Positions 38,221 through 48,411 of a stretch of DNA of 64,000 nt are shown here, in pieces. The DNA lies in the IMG/VR virus record IMGVR_UViG_3300029604_000306; one strand, 5' to 3'. The notes under the pieces were generated by a model. It saw nothing but the letters and a program-made list of their open reading frames with translations, did not search any database and had not been told where the DNA came from. Both the position numbers and the translations under genes were made by a program. The stretch comes from a virus (taxonomy: Duplodnaviria; Heunggongvirae; Uroviricota; Caudoviricetes). How positions within the stretch are numbered: the stretch's first letter is position 1; each line of letters opens with the position of its first letter.

Positions 38221-38451
38221 AATACACAAAGACCTGCGAACTTTTCGCAGGTCTTGTTTTTTTTGGTGCTATATTCTTTTTTAGCCCGGAAGTTCTTCTT
38301 TAATTTGGTCAAGATAAGCGCTCATTATCGGAGCCACCTGTTTAAAAGATATACGATACAGACGCCAAGAAAAACTTTTTCAGCATATTAAATCAGAGCA
38401 GAAAAAATACTCTGAGCTAATAAGAACATAGAAAAAAGGAGAGATTATTTA

Positions 38452-39642
38452 ATGCTAAAAGAAAAGAAAAAAAATAAGGTTAAATCAGTTTGGAAGAATG
38501 GCGAGTTGAAAATTGTATTCGCAGAGCCGTCTATACAGGCACACGGAGGCGTTGTTTTTGCTGAAAGTGCAAGAGATATTTTATATTATTATTATACTGT
38601 TGAGGTATTCAAAAAGGTGAAAAGTAACTGGAAAAAGGAGTTTGATGTAAGCACATATGACTTTCCGGCACTTCTGGCAGCAGTAAAGATTATTGAATGC
38701 ATTTTGGAGGATGATTTTACTGACGAGAGCTGGCAGGTCGATATGCGGGAAGGCGTGAATGGAAATATGAATATCACCTGGTATACAAAGACTTACGATA
38801 CGTCGAGTTTTGCTAACGAGGATTATTATAAATTTGAACGTGTCGTACGGGTAATTGAAGGCGAGGATACGTCAGAACATTTCGTTTTCTCAGTCGGAAG
38901 TGGCCTTGATAATTGCAATTTTACGAAAGTACTGAAGTGTATAACTGCTACATATCTTAACCGTGCTGAGATTGAAGCTCTGCGTGATGTGATGAATGAT
39001 TTTATTCAGAAAACGATTGATGACTTTAACAAAAAAGAGCGTAAAAGAATTGAATTGGAAAGAAAATCCTTAAAGATTGAAAACGGCAAGGTGTATGAAT
39101 ACAGAACCGTATATTTCGATGACCCTGACAATCTTGATTCAGTATATATCCCCGGGGATGTCATTGACTTCACAACGATTGAAAAGTACGACGATAAAGA
39201 TATTTACATTGATTATCATAACTGTATCATCAAGTCAGTTGAAAAGAGTAACGCCGGTTCGGCGGGATATATTACAGTGACAGGAGGTTACAAAAATGGA
39301 GAGAATGGATTAAAAATCCGGCATCTTGAAGATAAGTCAATCAAAATTCCGCTTGAAATCATCACTCATGTTTTTAACGACATGTGTGATTCAGAAAAAT
39401 TAAAATATACAAAAGAGCAGTGCCTTGAAGACTTCTGGCAGCTATTAACACCAGAAGAGAAAAAAGAATTTGTAAAAACACCTTTAAAAAAATTGGTCAA
39501 GAAGTGGAAGTATCCGGTCATTGATAGAACCTGGATGTGCAGAGATGAGCATGGGTTTGATGAGCCAGAGAAAGTTGCGAAATGGGTGGTAAAAAAGATG
39601 AAGAAGAGGTCTGAACGGGAAAAAGAAGAAAAGTTGGGTTAA
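38452..39642 (+). CDS. hypothetical protein
   Basis: 396 aa ORF with RBS. Confidence 0.8.
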   Translation: MLKEKKKNKVKSVWKNGELKIVFAEPSIQAHGGVVFAESARDILYYYYTVEVFKKVKSNWKKEFDVSTYDFPALLAAVKIIECILEDDFTDESWQVDMREGVNGNMNITWYTKTYDTSSFANEDYYKFERVVRVIEGEDTSEHFVFSVGSGLDNCNFTKVLKCITATYLNRAEIEALRDVMNDFIQKTIDDFNKKERKRIELERKSLKIENGKVYEYRTVYFDDPDNLDSVYIPGDVIDFTTIEKYDDKDIYIDYHNCIIKSVEKSNAGSAGYITVTGGYKNGENGLKIRHLEDKSIKIPLEIITHVFNDMCDSEKLKYTKEQCLEDFWQLLTPEEKKEFVKTPLKKLVKKWKYPVIDRTWMCRDEHGFDEPEKVAKWVVKKMKKRSEREKEEKLG

Positions 39643-39747
39643 CGAAGGGCAGAAATCTCCGCCAGAAACACGCTTAGCTCAGACTAACGACTTCACTTAT
39701 CAGCCTCTACGAGGCTTGGGTACACGCGAGCGCAGCTCGCGGTATCA
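39642..39747 (+). mobile_element. 106-bp hairpin insertion element at a stop codon
   Basis: TTA|ACGAAGGGC...TACACGCGAGCGCAGCTCGCGGTATCA. Confidence 0.8.
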
Positions 39748-39813
39748 TATTCTGTACTTTAGCATATTCAGCATATTAAATGTGAAAAATAAAAATTTCA
39801 CTTAAAGAAAGGA

Positions 39814-40755
39814 ATGAAAGATATGACTAATATGAAGATGATGAGCAAAGAGGATTTTCTGAAAGTGCTGATGGGTTTGTTGGAAAATCAGGGGATTAAG
39901 ACAAGCGTATTCATAATGAAGAAAGAGCATGGAAGTTATACCGGTATCCATATGGTCTCCGATAATGATGGCGAAACTATCGCAGCAATTGTAAATGTCG
40001 ATGATTTATATGATAAATTCATTCATGGAAAAGCAGGTGTGCCAGAAATGGTGGATATCGCAATGGAAGCTATGGATATATTGTCTATGTATCCATCTCA
40101 GTCGTCGCCTGATTCTTTAAAATGGTTATCGGATTGGAGTGTTGTTAAAAACCGGCTGTTTTTATCATTGTGCAATAAAAATGCAGTAGAATACCTAAAC
40201 TCTGTAATTCACAAAGATATTCCCGGAACAGACCTCGCGTTAGTACCGAGGATATTTGCTTTTAATGATGGAGAATCATTTGCAACGTTACCATTAAGTC
40301 ACAAGAACCTGAAATCTTATGGAGTTTCTGAAGAGGAACTGTGGAAGCATATTGCAGCATCAACGGTAAAACTTCAGCCTGCAAAAATCGATATCGCAGC
40401 AGCAAGACATGAACAGACAAACGAAATAGACGTAACTAATTCAATTATCAGTATTTCTTCTGGTTTTGGTTCATTTGGTGCAGCTGCTTGTTTCTATGAT
40501 GGAGTGTTGGCGGGCATAGAAAATGTAATAAGAGAGAAGTTTTATATACTACCAATGTCATCACGAGGAGTATTAATCCTTCCAGAAAAACTTGTCAATG
40601 ATGCAGGATATCTTAGTTTTGATGGCTGCTTAGACATTACAAGTTTTTGCCAGGATACAGCAGTGTATCGTATGCCAAAGTCGCACGAAGATTACCTGAC
40701 AGATTCAGCATATTTGTATGATTCTGGCAAGCTTTCAGTCGTTAACACAAAATGA
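39814..40755 (+). CDS. DUF5688-like protein
   Basis: DWSVVKNRLF-x-x-L-x-N, DLALV, FGAAA, FYILP-x-S, LTDSAY-x-YD pattern. Confidence 0.7.
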   Translation: MKDMTNMKMMSKEDFLKVLMGLLENQGIKTSVFIMKKEHGSYTGIHMVSDNDGETIAAIVNVDDLYDKFIHGKAGVPEMVDIAMEAMDILSMYPSQSSPDSLKWLSDWSVVKNRLFLSLCNKNAVEYLNSVIHKDIPGTDLALVPRIFAFNDGESFATLPLSHKNLKSYGVSEEELWKHIAASTVKLQPAKIDIAAARHEQTNEIDVTNSIISISSGFGSFGAAACFYDGVLAGIENVIREKFYILPMSSRGVLILPEKLVNDAGYLSFDGCLDITSFCQDTAVYRMPKSHEDYLTDSAYLYDSGKLSVVNTK

Positions 40756-40818
40756 TATACATATTAAAAGGACAGTAGCTATTACTGTCCTTTTTTGGTA
40801 AGATAACTTTATTTTTTA

Positions 40819-40984
40819 ACTTCGTGCGAGGGTTCGAATCCCCACACGAAGCACTGCACTCAGCCTTATCGACGGGCGGGAAACCCGCCCTCGTCTGGTA
40901 CACGCGAGCATAGCTCGCGGTATCACGGCTTCGCTTGTCAGCCTCTGTGAGGCTTGGTAACAAAGGTGTAAGCCTGAGTTATCA
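40819..40984 (+). mobile_element. 166-bp hairpin element with nested 57-bp element (40869-40925)
   Basis: TTA|ACTTCG...CAGCCTTA|TCGACGGG...GGTATCA|CGGCTTCG...GAGTTATCA. Confidence 0.85.
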
Positions 40985-41115
40985 AAAAAACACAAAATTT
41001 CCATAAAAAAATCCTCAAAATTTTTCCACTCATTATTTTTTTAAGCATATTAAATTTGTAAGTGAAGAGACGAAAACACTACAAAAAGTTAAATTAAAAC
41101 CTAAGGAGAAAAAAG

Positions 41116-41958
41116 ATGAGTGTTTATTTCAATAAAAAAGATGAGTTAAAAGAAAAGGCTGTAAGTCATTATAAAATGATGGAGGCAAGTATGGGTGAAG
41201 AGATTGCCAAGTGTGTAAAAAACACAAGGGTTTATGGCGGTGATGGGATTGCGGTAACGTCTACTGCAAAAAAAGAGACAGATGACGTTGTTGCATTTGA
41301 CAAGTATGATATGCAAATGAACGTTGTCGTGGACAACCTTGATACTGTCAGGTCTATGCTTGCTCATCGAGATGGAAAGACTGCTGTCCTTAACTTTGCA
41401 AGTTATAAAAACCCAGGCGGTAAGTTTATGGAAGGTTCCTCCGCACAGGAAGAATGTTTATGCCATACCTCTAACCTGTATAATGTTTTAAAAAGATTCC
41501 CAAAATACTACGAGTGGAATAAAAAACATAATAATAAGGCTTTGTATACAAACCGCGCCATGTATTCTGAAGACGTAACCTTCCTGGATGAAAGCGTCTG
41601 TGTTTATGGAGCGGACCCAATCCATGTGAAGGCTGATGTCATTACGTGTGCTGCCCCGAATTATTCTGCCGCAGGAAGGTACGCAGGAGTTGAACTGGAT
41701 AAAAACAATGCGGAGTTATTCCGGAGAATTAAGTTTGTACTTGACATCGCGGAAGAGAACCATGTAGATACATTGATTCTCGGAGCCTTTGGCTGTGGAG
41801 TTTTTGGTCAGGATGCAGCAGTGGTCGCAAAATATTTCAAAAAATGTCTTAGTACATATGATTATCATTTTAAAAATGTATACTTCTCCGTATTGAACAG
41901 AGGAAAAAGTGAAAACTATGAAAAATTTAAGTTGATTTTTGGAGTAGCCAAAAAATAA
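41116..41958 (+). CDS. TIGR02452 / DUF2263 bacterial PARG-like macrodomain protein
   Basis: LNFASYKNPGG-x-F-x-x-G-x-x-AQEE and ILGAFGCGVFG motifs. Confidence 0.9.
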   Translation: MSVYFNKKDELKEKAVSHYKMMEASMGEEIAKCVKNTRVYGGDGIAVTSTAKKETDDVVAFDKYDMQMNVVVDNLDTVRSMLAHRDGKTAVLNFASYKNPGGKFMEGSSAQEECLCHTSNLYNVLKRFPKYYEWNKKHNNKALYTNRAMYSEDVTFLDESVCVYGADPIHVKADVITCAAPNYSAAGRYAGVELDKNNAELFRRIKFVLDIAEENHVDTLILGAFGCGVFGQDAAVVAKYFKKCLSTYDYHFKNVYFSVLNRGKSENYEKFKLIFGVAKK

Positions 41959-42059
41959 CACTTCGGTTGAGGTCGCACAGTGCGGCCTCGTTTTTTTTGG
42001 CGCAAAAATTTGGAGGCTGATTCAAAGTATGGTAAAATACAACCAAAGGAGGTATAGGT

Positions 42060-42443
42060 ATGCGATATTACAGTACACAAAGGCCACTAGTTCCTGGTGG
42101 CTGCCCTAGAGCGGGAGTCCAAAAGGTCCACAACTATGACGAGAAAAAGTTTTGCGAGGAAATCGGCCGTGAGGCTTGGGGATATGTCGATTATAACAGA
42201 GAACTGACAAATGAGGAAGTGGAAGATTACGAACTTCTTCCGGCAGGAATTAAGAAATTCTGGGCCGTAACGACGACGTTTTGTGATGACGGTCATGTCG
42301 TTTCAGATATTACAGATGTTGTAGAAACGGTCAGAAAGCCAGAAGATAGTTTCCTAGAGACAAAAACGAAGGATATATATGTCGATTGGTTTGAAAATGA
42401 AGAAGAAGCAAAAGGGAAGATAAAAGAAGCGTTGAATGCGTAA
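42060..42443 (+). CDS. small mobile-element protein, DarA C-terminal-like domain
   Basis: YYSTQRP...AWGYVDY-x-x-x-LT-x-x-E-x-x-x-YEL pattern. Confidence 0.55.
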   Translation: MRYYSTQRPLVPGGCPRAGVQKVHNYDEKKFCEEIGREAWGYVDYNRELTNEEVEDYELLPAGIKKFWAVTTTFCDDGHVVSDITDVVETVRKPEDSFLETKTKDIYVDWFENEEEAKGKIKEALNA

Positions 42444-42480
42444 AACGGAAAAAGCCGCTGAGAAATCAGCGGCTTTTTTG

Positions 42481-43629
42481 TCATAGGTCAAAAGTATCAT
42501 CGATTGCTTTGTCAAATACTTCCTGCGTATTATTGGATTTACCAAGACGTTCCATAAGGTATGCTACAACAATAGTCTTTTCTTTTTTGCTGGCGATGGA
42601 AAGCAGTTCAGGAATGATTTTGTTTGATACTGTTCCAAGTTTAAGGAATTCTACGAATTCCTCCTGCGTTTTTTCTTCGATATATCGAATTGCCATATCC
42701 CTGCATTTCTTTTTCATGTAAGAAAAAGCATCAGGGTTTCTGGAAAGTCGATATTCCGCAAGTGCAGCAGCCTGTTTCTCGCAGGCATGTGCAGCTTTTA
42801 AGAATAGTCTTTTGCGATTGGGACCCATAATTATGCTTTCAAAATCACGATTTAACTTTTTTAATTCTCCCCGTTTTATCACACGTGGAAGCACCGCTGT
42901 ATTCCCTTTATATGTAACTTTTACATAGTCATCAGAAAGCACACGTTCTTCATTGTAATACCCATCATCTTCCAAAACAATTGAAAAAATGAAGTTCTTT
43001 GGGATGCTATCGCTGATAATAACATGCTCAGCAGAGCAAAAAGCCTGATTCCCTATAGAAATTGAACCAGATGGAATTGTAACTTCTTTCAGCGAAGTGC
43101 TGCCGAATGCTCCTGCGCCGATGACTTTTAAGTTTTTAGAGAACGTAATATTGCGGAGATTCATGCATGGTGAAAATGCAAGCTCCCCAATTTCTTCCAG
43201 GGAATCCGGAAAAGTGATTTCGGAAATATTATTACACGAACTAAAACATTCATCTCCGATTTTTCGTATATTTTTTCCGAATTTAACATCGTGAACATCA
43301 CTACACATAAATGCGCCATATTCAAGCTCAATTATACTATCAGGCATTATAATGGCACTTAATCTTCCGTTTCGGAAAGCATTGACACCAATGCGCTCAA
43401 CGCCCTCATGAATCCGAATACGCCCGGGCCTGATAGCTGGACATTCCTCAAGAGTCTTTCCATCCTCGGAATAAGCAACACCGGTGTCTCCATATTTCCT
43501 ATTTTTACGAATTTTATGTTTTGGTGAAAAAAGATTGAATTCACCTGTTCTTGAAATAAATACAGGGTTGTCTTCTTCCTGGACAGCTGACATGTCCATA
43601 AGTTCTTTTAAGTTATCCATAATACTCAT
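42481..43629 (-). CDS. BspA-type LRR_5 protein
   Basis: LRR_5 units; C-terminal domain homologous to 35095-36891. Confidence 0.88.
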   Translation of the reverse strand: MSIMDNLKELMDMSAVQEEDNPVFISRTGEFNLFSPKHKIRKNRKYGDTGVAYSEDGKTLEECPAIRPGRIRIHEGVERIGVNAFRNGRLSAIIMPDSIIELEYGAFMCSDVHDVKFGKNIRKIGDECFSSCNNISEITFPDSLEEIGELAFSPCMNLRNITFSKNLKVIGAGAFGSTSLKEVTIPSGSISIGNQAFCSAEHVIISDSIPKNFIFSIVLEDDGYYNEERVLSDDYVKVTYKGNTAVLPRVIKRGELKKLNRDFESIIMGPNRKRLFLKAAHACEKQAAALAEYRLSRNPDAFSYMKKKCRDMAIRYIEEKTQEEFVEFLKLGTVSNKIIPELLSIASKKEKTIVVAYLMERLGKSNNTQEVFDKAIDDTFDL

Positions 43630-43798
43630 AATATCTCTTCCTTTCTTTGTCTATTATGTCGTTTCAGATTAAATATGCAGGATTAAGAAAAAAAAGAAAA
43701 AACACAAAAAGAAATAAAAATTCAGCATACTGTACATGAAGTAAGAAGTAAAAAGAACGGCTGAGTTTTTGTCAGCCTTAAAAAATGGAGGAAAAAGT

Positions 43799-44368
43799 AT
43801 GAACAAATTAACATTAAGACAGTTTATAGATGTTGTTAAAGCCCTGATGGAGGCGAGTTTAACGAAAGAGTATGGAATCAGGCTGGAAATCATGGAAGAG
43901 CCTGACGAAATATCTGATGATGGAGTCAAGGTGACTCTCAAGGTAGAAAAAGAAAGCATAAAAGAATGTACAAAGAGTAGGAAAATGTGTGAAACATATT
44001 CTTGTGACTGTAACAGTAATGCGTATTTTTTCGATATGGATGAGAACTATCACGATTACGAAGAGCGCATGGACAAAGGGGAAGAACCTGAATCTGATAT
44101 CCTAAGAGATATTACGGATAAAATGCTAAAAAGTATTTCAAAAGAGATGGAGGAAAATCCAGAACCAGCTAAAGAGGAGAATAACGAGCGAGAGGAAAGC
44201 ATCTGTTCGGATGATATGGATTCAGATTCCTACTCTGAAGATGATGCTGAGACTGACGCCGAAGAAACAGCGTTTGTGTGCAAATGCATTATGAAAGCGG
44301 CCCTGGTATGCGCAGCTATTCCAATTGGAATCTTCATTGCAAAACGTTATTTCTCTGACAAAAAGTAA
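43799..44368 (+). CDS. acidic protein with C-terminal TM helix
   Basis: N-terminus MNKLTLRQF resembles the next gene's MNKMNLREF. Confidence 0.7.
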   Translation: MNKLTLRQFIDVVKALMEASLTKEYGIRLEIMEEPDEISDDGVKVTLKVEKESIKECTKSRKMCETYSCDCNSNAYFFDMDENYHDYEERMDKGEEPESDILRDITDKMLKSISKEMEENPEPAKEENNEREESICSDDMDSDSYSEDDAETDAEETAFVCKCIMKAALVCAAIPIGIFIAKRYFSDKK

Positions 44369-44506
44369 GGAAGAAAAGATTAAAAAAACAGCTGAATTTT
44401 TTTTCGGCTGTTTTTTTGTTCATGCAAAAATTCTGCATATTGATTTTGTATCAAAAAATAAGGCAGGAGGCAAATACTCCTGACCAACAAAGAAAAGGAG
44501 AAAAAC

Positions 44507-45829
44507 ATGAATAAAATGAATTTAAGAGAATTTGCAGAGGTACTGGTGGCAATGATGAATCAGCAGGGCACAGTGTGCTTTCTGAATAACGACAATCCGG
44601 CAAAGCAGCTGGCTGTTGCAATGTCAAAAGGTGACGCATGTGCTTACGCTCCGGTTGCTCCTCTTTGGGACTCTTACGAAAAGGGGGCTGACCTTAATCA
44701 GATGGCAGCAGCAGTATCTATGGCTATGAAAGAGGGCTTGGATAAAGGCTCTGAAATGGTTAAGATGAACGCGGACAGATGTGCACAGCAGCCAGCCCCA
44801 TCATTTAAGAAGCATGAGGCAAAAGAGACTTCTGACCGTTTTGCAAATATGGGTAAAAACCATACGGCATATTCAGCAGAACAAAACCAGGGACAGTCAA
44901 AGGCAACAAGGAAAGAATTCTTCCCGAATACTGAAGAAGGAAGACAGAAGGCAATGAAAATGCTGCAGGATATTATGGGGACTTTGCCAGACACTATGGC
45001 TGCACCAAGTGGATGTTCAGACAACAGATTTGTCTCCGACAGTAATAGCCCATGCAGTAGTGATTGCTCTTGCGGAAACGGATGTAAACCAAATCGGACA
45101 TATCGCCCAGAGCCTGCAAAACAGGGCAATGATGACTATGACCCGACAGATGACCTTCCGGAAAACCTGCGCTCACAGCTTGGAGAGATTCTGAAGAGAA
45201 TCGGTCTGCAGCCGCAGAACACGCAGAGCAAGCGTTTTGATTCGACCGATAGAGACTTTGTGTTGCAGACAGCATACCCAATGCTGGCGGACGATGAAAC
45301 CATTGCAGCACACCCGGAGGCTTTATCTAGAAAAGTTCTGGATATGAATATCGTGTATTGTTTTTATGATAACAATAATAGCGTTATGAATGATGGTGTC
45401 CGTGTGCTAGGGAAAAATTGCCTTGAGAGCCTCGACCTTAAGGAAGAAGATATCTACAATGCCGCAATCAATAACATTGTTGACAGCATTGTTGTTGGGG
45501 AGGCAAAAGATATTATTCCAAATACATTTGTAAATTTTGTGATTTTATCAACAGAAAAGTACAAATATGGTGCTGCGGCTTTTCTTGGCGCTGACGTGCT
45601 CAAGAATGTAGCAGATAAAATGGGTGAGTCTGCTCTTATGGTAATGCCAGTTTCCGAGGAATTTGTAGCTGTTTTCCCGGCATCAGATACAACGTCAATT
45701 AACGGGACAGTTTTAAAAAATGTCATTAAAGCATTAAAGAATCTGGCTCCTGATGAGGTATTATCTAACAATGTATATCTCTATGATAGGGAGCATAACC
45801 TGTTGGCAATGGAATCATACCAGCTCTAA
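44507..45829 (+). CDS. DUF5688-like protein with central low-complexity insertion
   Basis: ILST-x-x-x-x-YGAAA...MPVS-x-E...LSNNVY-x-YDRE pattern. Confidence 0.7.
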   Translation: MNKMNLREFAEVLVAMMNQQGTVCFLNNDNPAKQLAVAMSKGDACAYAPVAPLWDSYEKGADLNQMAAAVSMAMKEGLDKGSEMVKMNADRCAQQPAPSFKKHEAKETSDRFANMGKNHTAYSAEQNQGQSKATRKEFFPNTEEGRQKAMKMLQDIMGTLPDTMAAPSGCSDNRFVSDSNSPCSSDCSCGNGCKPNRTYRPEPAKQGNDDYDPTDDLPENLRSQLGEILKRIGLQPQNTQSKRFDSTDRDFVLQTAYPMLADDETIAAHPEALSRKVLDMNIVYCFYDNNNSVMNDGVRVLGKNCLESLDLKEEDIYNAAINNIVDSIVVGEAKDIIPNTFVNFVILSTEKYKYGAAAFLGADVLKNVADKMGESALMVMPVSEEFVAVFPASDTTSINGTVLKNVIKALKNLAPDEVLSNNVYLYDREHNLLAMESYQL

Positions 45830-45988
45830 ATTCAAATAATTCAAATAAGCATCAGCAGAGTAATCTGCTGGTGTTTTTTTTGATAAAAAAATGCGCTAAA
45901 AATGTTAAAAAAAATGTTTTTTCATCATATTAAATATAGAAAAACAGGAGGTAATCACTGGCAAAGGGCCAGTTGCATATAGAAGACA

Positions 45989-48289
45989 ATGTTAAAAGAA
46001 AGAGCAAAAGAATCTATAAAGTTCAAGGCAAAAGCCGTCATATATGAGAACGAAACTGGCTTTAAGATTATTGCCGGTGTGGCTTTTAATGCGAAGACAG
46101 GGGAAAGAATATGCAAATGCAGTATGAAAGGTCAGATGTTTGATGTCACTGATGGAGATGAAGTATTTGCAACGGGAGACTGGGATGAACATCCTAAATA
46201 TGGAATCGGCTTTAAAATGGATGCTTATGTTAAGATTATTCCACAGGACAAAAAAAGTATCTTGTGGTATTTAAAACAAGGTAATATTGATGGCATATCA
46301 CAAAAAAGGGCGGAGGCTATTGTCAATAAATTCGGTGACAATACTTTTGATGTGCTCATATATCAGACCGAGCTATTACAGCAGATAAAAGGGATTGGAA
46401 AGAAAAGCATTGAGAAGATAAAGAAATGTGCAAAGGAAAAGCTCGAAGAACAGAACATGATTCAGACTATCATGATGTATATTCAAGGCTTCGGCATCAG
46501 TCCTGCATATGCAAATCGTATTTATAAGCGTTACGGTCTTGATAGCATTAAGGTGATTAACGAAAACCCGTATAGACTGGCTGACGAAGTGAAAGGAATT
46601 GGCTTTTTAAAAGCAGACGAGATTGCGCTGAAGAATGGTATGCCAAAGGATAGTCCGTTCCGTGTTGAAAGTGCTGTTATGTATGTATTAAAGCAGATGA
46701 GCGAAGATGGCGACGTGTTTGGGCATAGAGAAAAAGTGGAGAAGGACTGCCGCGATTTCTTGCAGCTGGATATTTCTTATGTAGAAAACGCAGTGAAAGG
46801 CCTGATTCAGAAAAAGAAAATTATATGCGAAGACGATGCACTCTATCTGATTCCTCTGTATAAAGCAGAAACATATGCTGCAAAAAAAATAGTAGAATTG
46901 CTTCAGAGCAAAACAAAAAGGGTGAATGTAACAAAAAAAGAAGTAAAAGCAATGGGAAAAGAACTGGATAGGGATTACGCACCGGAACAGGTACAGGCTA
47001 TTATAGAATCATGTCGGTCAAATGTACTAATCTTGACAGGGGGACCTGGTACAGGAAAAACCACAACAGTTAACGGAATCATCCATATGCTGAAAAAGCA
47101 TGGGATGGATGCGATTTTGTGTGCAGCACCGACAGGTAAGGCTTCAAAGAGAATGAAAGAAACAACCGGAGAGAAAGCTCAAACAATACATCGTACCCTG
47201 GAAGTAAAAAGTGAAGGGGCATACGGCTTCAAATTTGGAAAAAATGAAAAAGCACCATTGGAAGGCGATGCCATCATTATTGACGAAAGTTCAATGATTG
47301 ATATGGAATTGATGGCATCAGTATTAAAGGCTATTCCAGAAGGAATGAAACTGATTTTGGTTGGTGATATCGACCAGTTGCCAAGTGTTGGCTGTGGAAA
47401 CGTATTGCATGAAATGATTGATTCTAATGTTGTTCCAATCGTAAGGCTGAAGACCATATTCCGTCAGGCAGCAGAAAGCCAGATTATAAAAAACGCGCAT
47501 CTGATTAATGAAGGTGTTGTTCCAAGTTTCAAAAATAACAGAAATGGAGATTATTTTTTCATGGACGTTGACGGAATGGAACAGGAACGAATCAGAGACT
47601 ATATCGTAACGTATGTGTGTGACAATTTGCCGAGATATTATAACGTGGGTGCTGATGAGATACAGGTTCTGGCACCAATGAAGAAAGGGCCGACTGGTGT
47701 CTGGGAGCTTAACGACTATATCCAGAACAGGATTAACCCGCCAAGTGCAACAAAACAAATTATACCATGTAATGACCACCTGCTGAGGGTTGGAGACAAG
47801 GTAATGTACACATGTAATGATTACGATAAAAAGATATTCAATGGTGATGTAGGCAAGATTGTTTCAATCTGTCTGACGCAGAATGAAGCAGACGATGCTG
47901 ATGAAGACAATGCCGATGAAAGCGCAAAAAGAGGATTTGTTGTTGATTTTGATGGAAACAGAGTCCATTTTGATTTAAGCAAAGCGCAGGATTTTATCCT
48001 TGCTTATGCAACAACGATACATAAGAGCCAGGGAAGCGAGTATGATATCGTTGTGATGCCGCTTACAACCGCAAATTATATCATGCTGCAGAGAAACCTG
48101 TTGTACACAGCCGTGACACGAGCAAAAAAAGTATTCGTGTTATTTGGACAGAAAAATGCAGTGGCCAGAGCAGTTAAAAACCTCACTGTTGTCAATAGAA
48201 ATACAAGGCTGGGGTCTAGGATATCAGAGAATGCAGGATTCCTGCTTGAAAAACAAAATGCAAAAAAACATGAGCGCAAAACTGCTTAA
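45989..48289 (+). CDS. recD2: RecD2-like SF1B DNA helicase
   Basis: ENPYRL, HhH, TGGPGTGKTT, IIDESSM, GDIDQLPSVG, FRQA, HKSQGSEY, LYTAVTRAK. Confidence 0.95.
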   Translation: MLKERAKESIKFKAKAVIYENETGFKIIAGVAFNAKTGERICKCSMKGQMFDVTDGDEVFATGDWDEHPKYGIGFKMDAYVKIIPQDKKSILWYLKQGNIDGISQKRAEAIVNKFGDNTFDVLIYQTELLQQIKGIGKKSIEKIKKCAKEKLEEQNMIQTIMMYIQGFGISPAYANRIYKRYGLDSIKVINENPYRLADEVKGIGFLKADEIALKNGMPKDSPFRVESAVMYVLKQMSEDGDVFGHREKVEKDCRDFLQLDISYVENAVKGLIQKKKIICEDDALYLIPLYKAETYAAKKIVELLQSKTKRVNVTKKEVKAMGKELDRDYAPEQVQAIIESCRSNVLILTGGPGTGKTTTVNGIIHMLKKHGMDAILCAAPTGKASKRMKETTGEKAQTIHRTLEVKSEGAYGFKFGKNEKAPLEGDAIIIDESSMIDMELMASVLKAIPEGMKLILVGDIDQLPSVGCGNVLHEMIDSNVVPIVRLKTIFRQAAESQIIKNAHLINEGVVPSFKNNRNGDYFFMDVDGMEQERIRDYIVTYVCDNLPRYYNVGADEIQVLAPMKKGPTGVWELNDYIQNRINPPSATKQIIPCNDHLLRVGDKVMYTCNDYDKKIFNGDVGKIVSICLTQNEADDADEDNADESAKRGFVVDFDGNRVHFDLSKAQDFILAYATTIHKSQGSEYDIVVMPLTTANYIMLQRNLLYTAVTRAKKVFVLFGQKNAVARAVKNLTVVNRNTRLGSRISENAGFLLEKQNAKKHERKTA

Positions 48290-48411
48290 GGCGGCTGTTT
48301 TGCGTTTTTGTATCAACAAAAATTCTTCATTATGAAGATATAAGAAATATGTAAAAGAAGAATGGGAATAAAAGCAATTTTTTACACAAAAGAGAAGGGA
48401 GGCCGGTTTGT

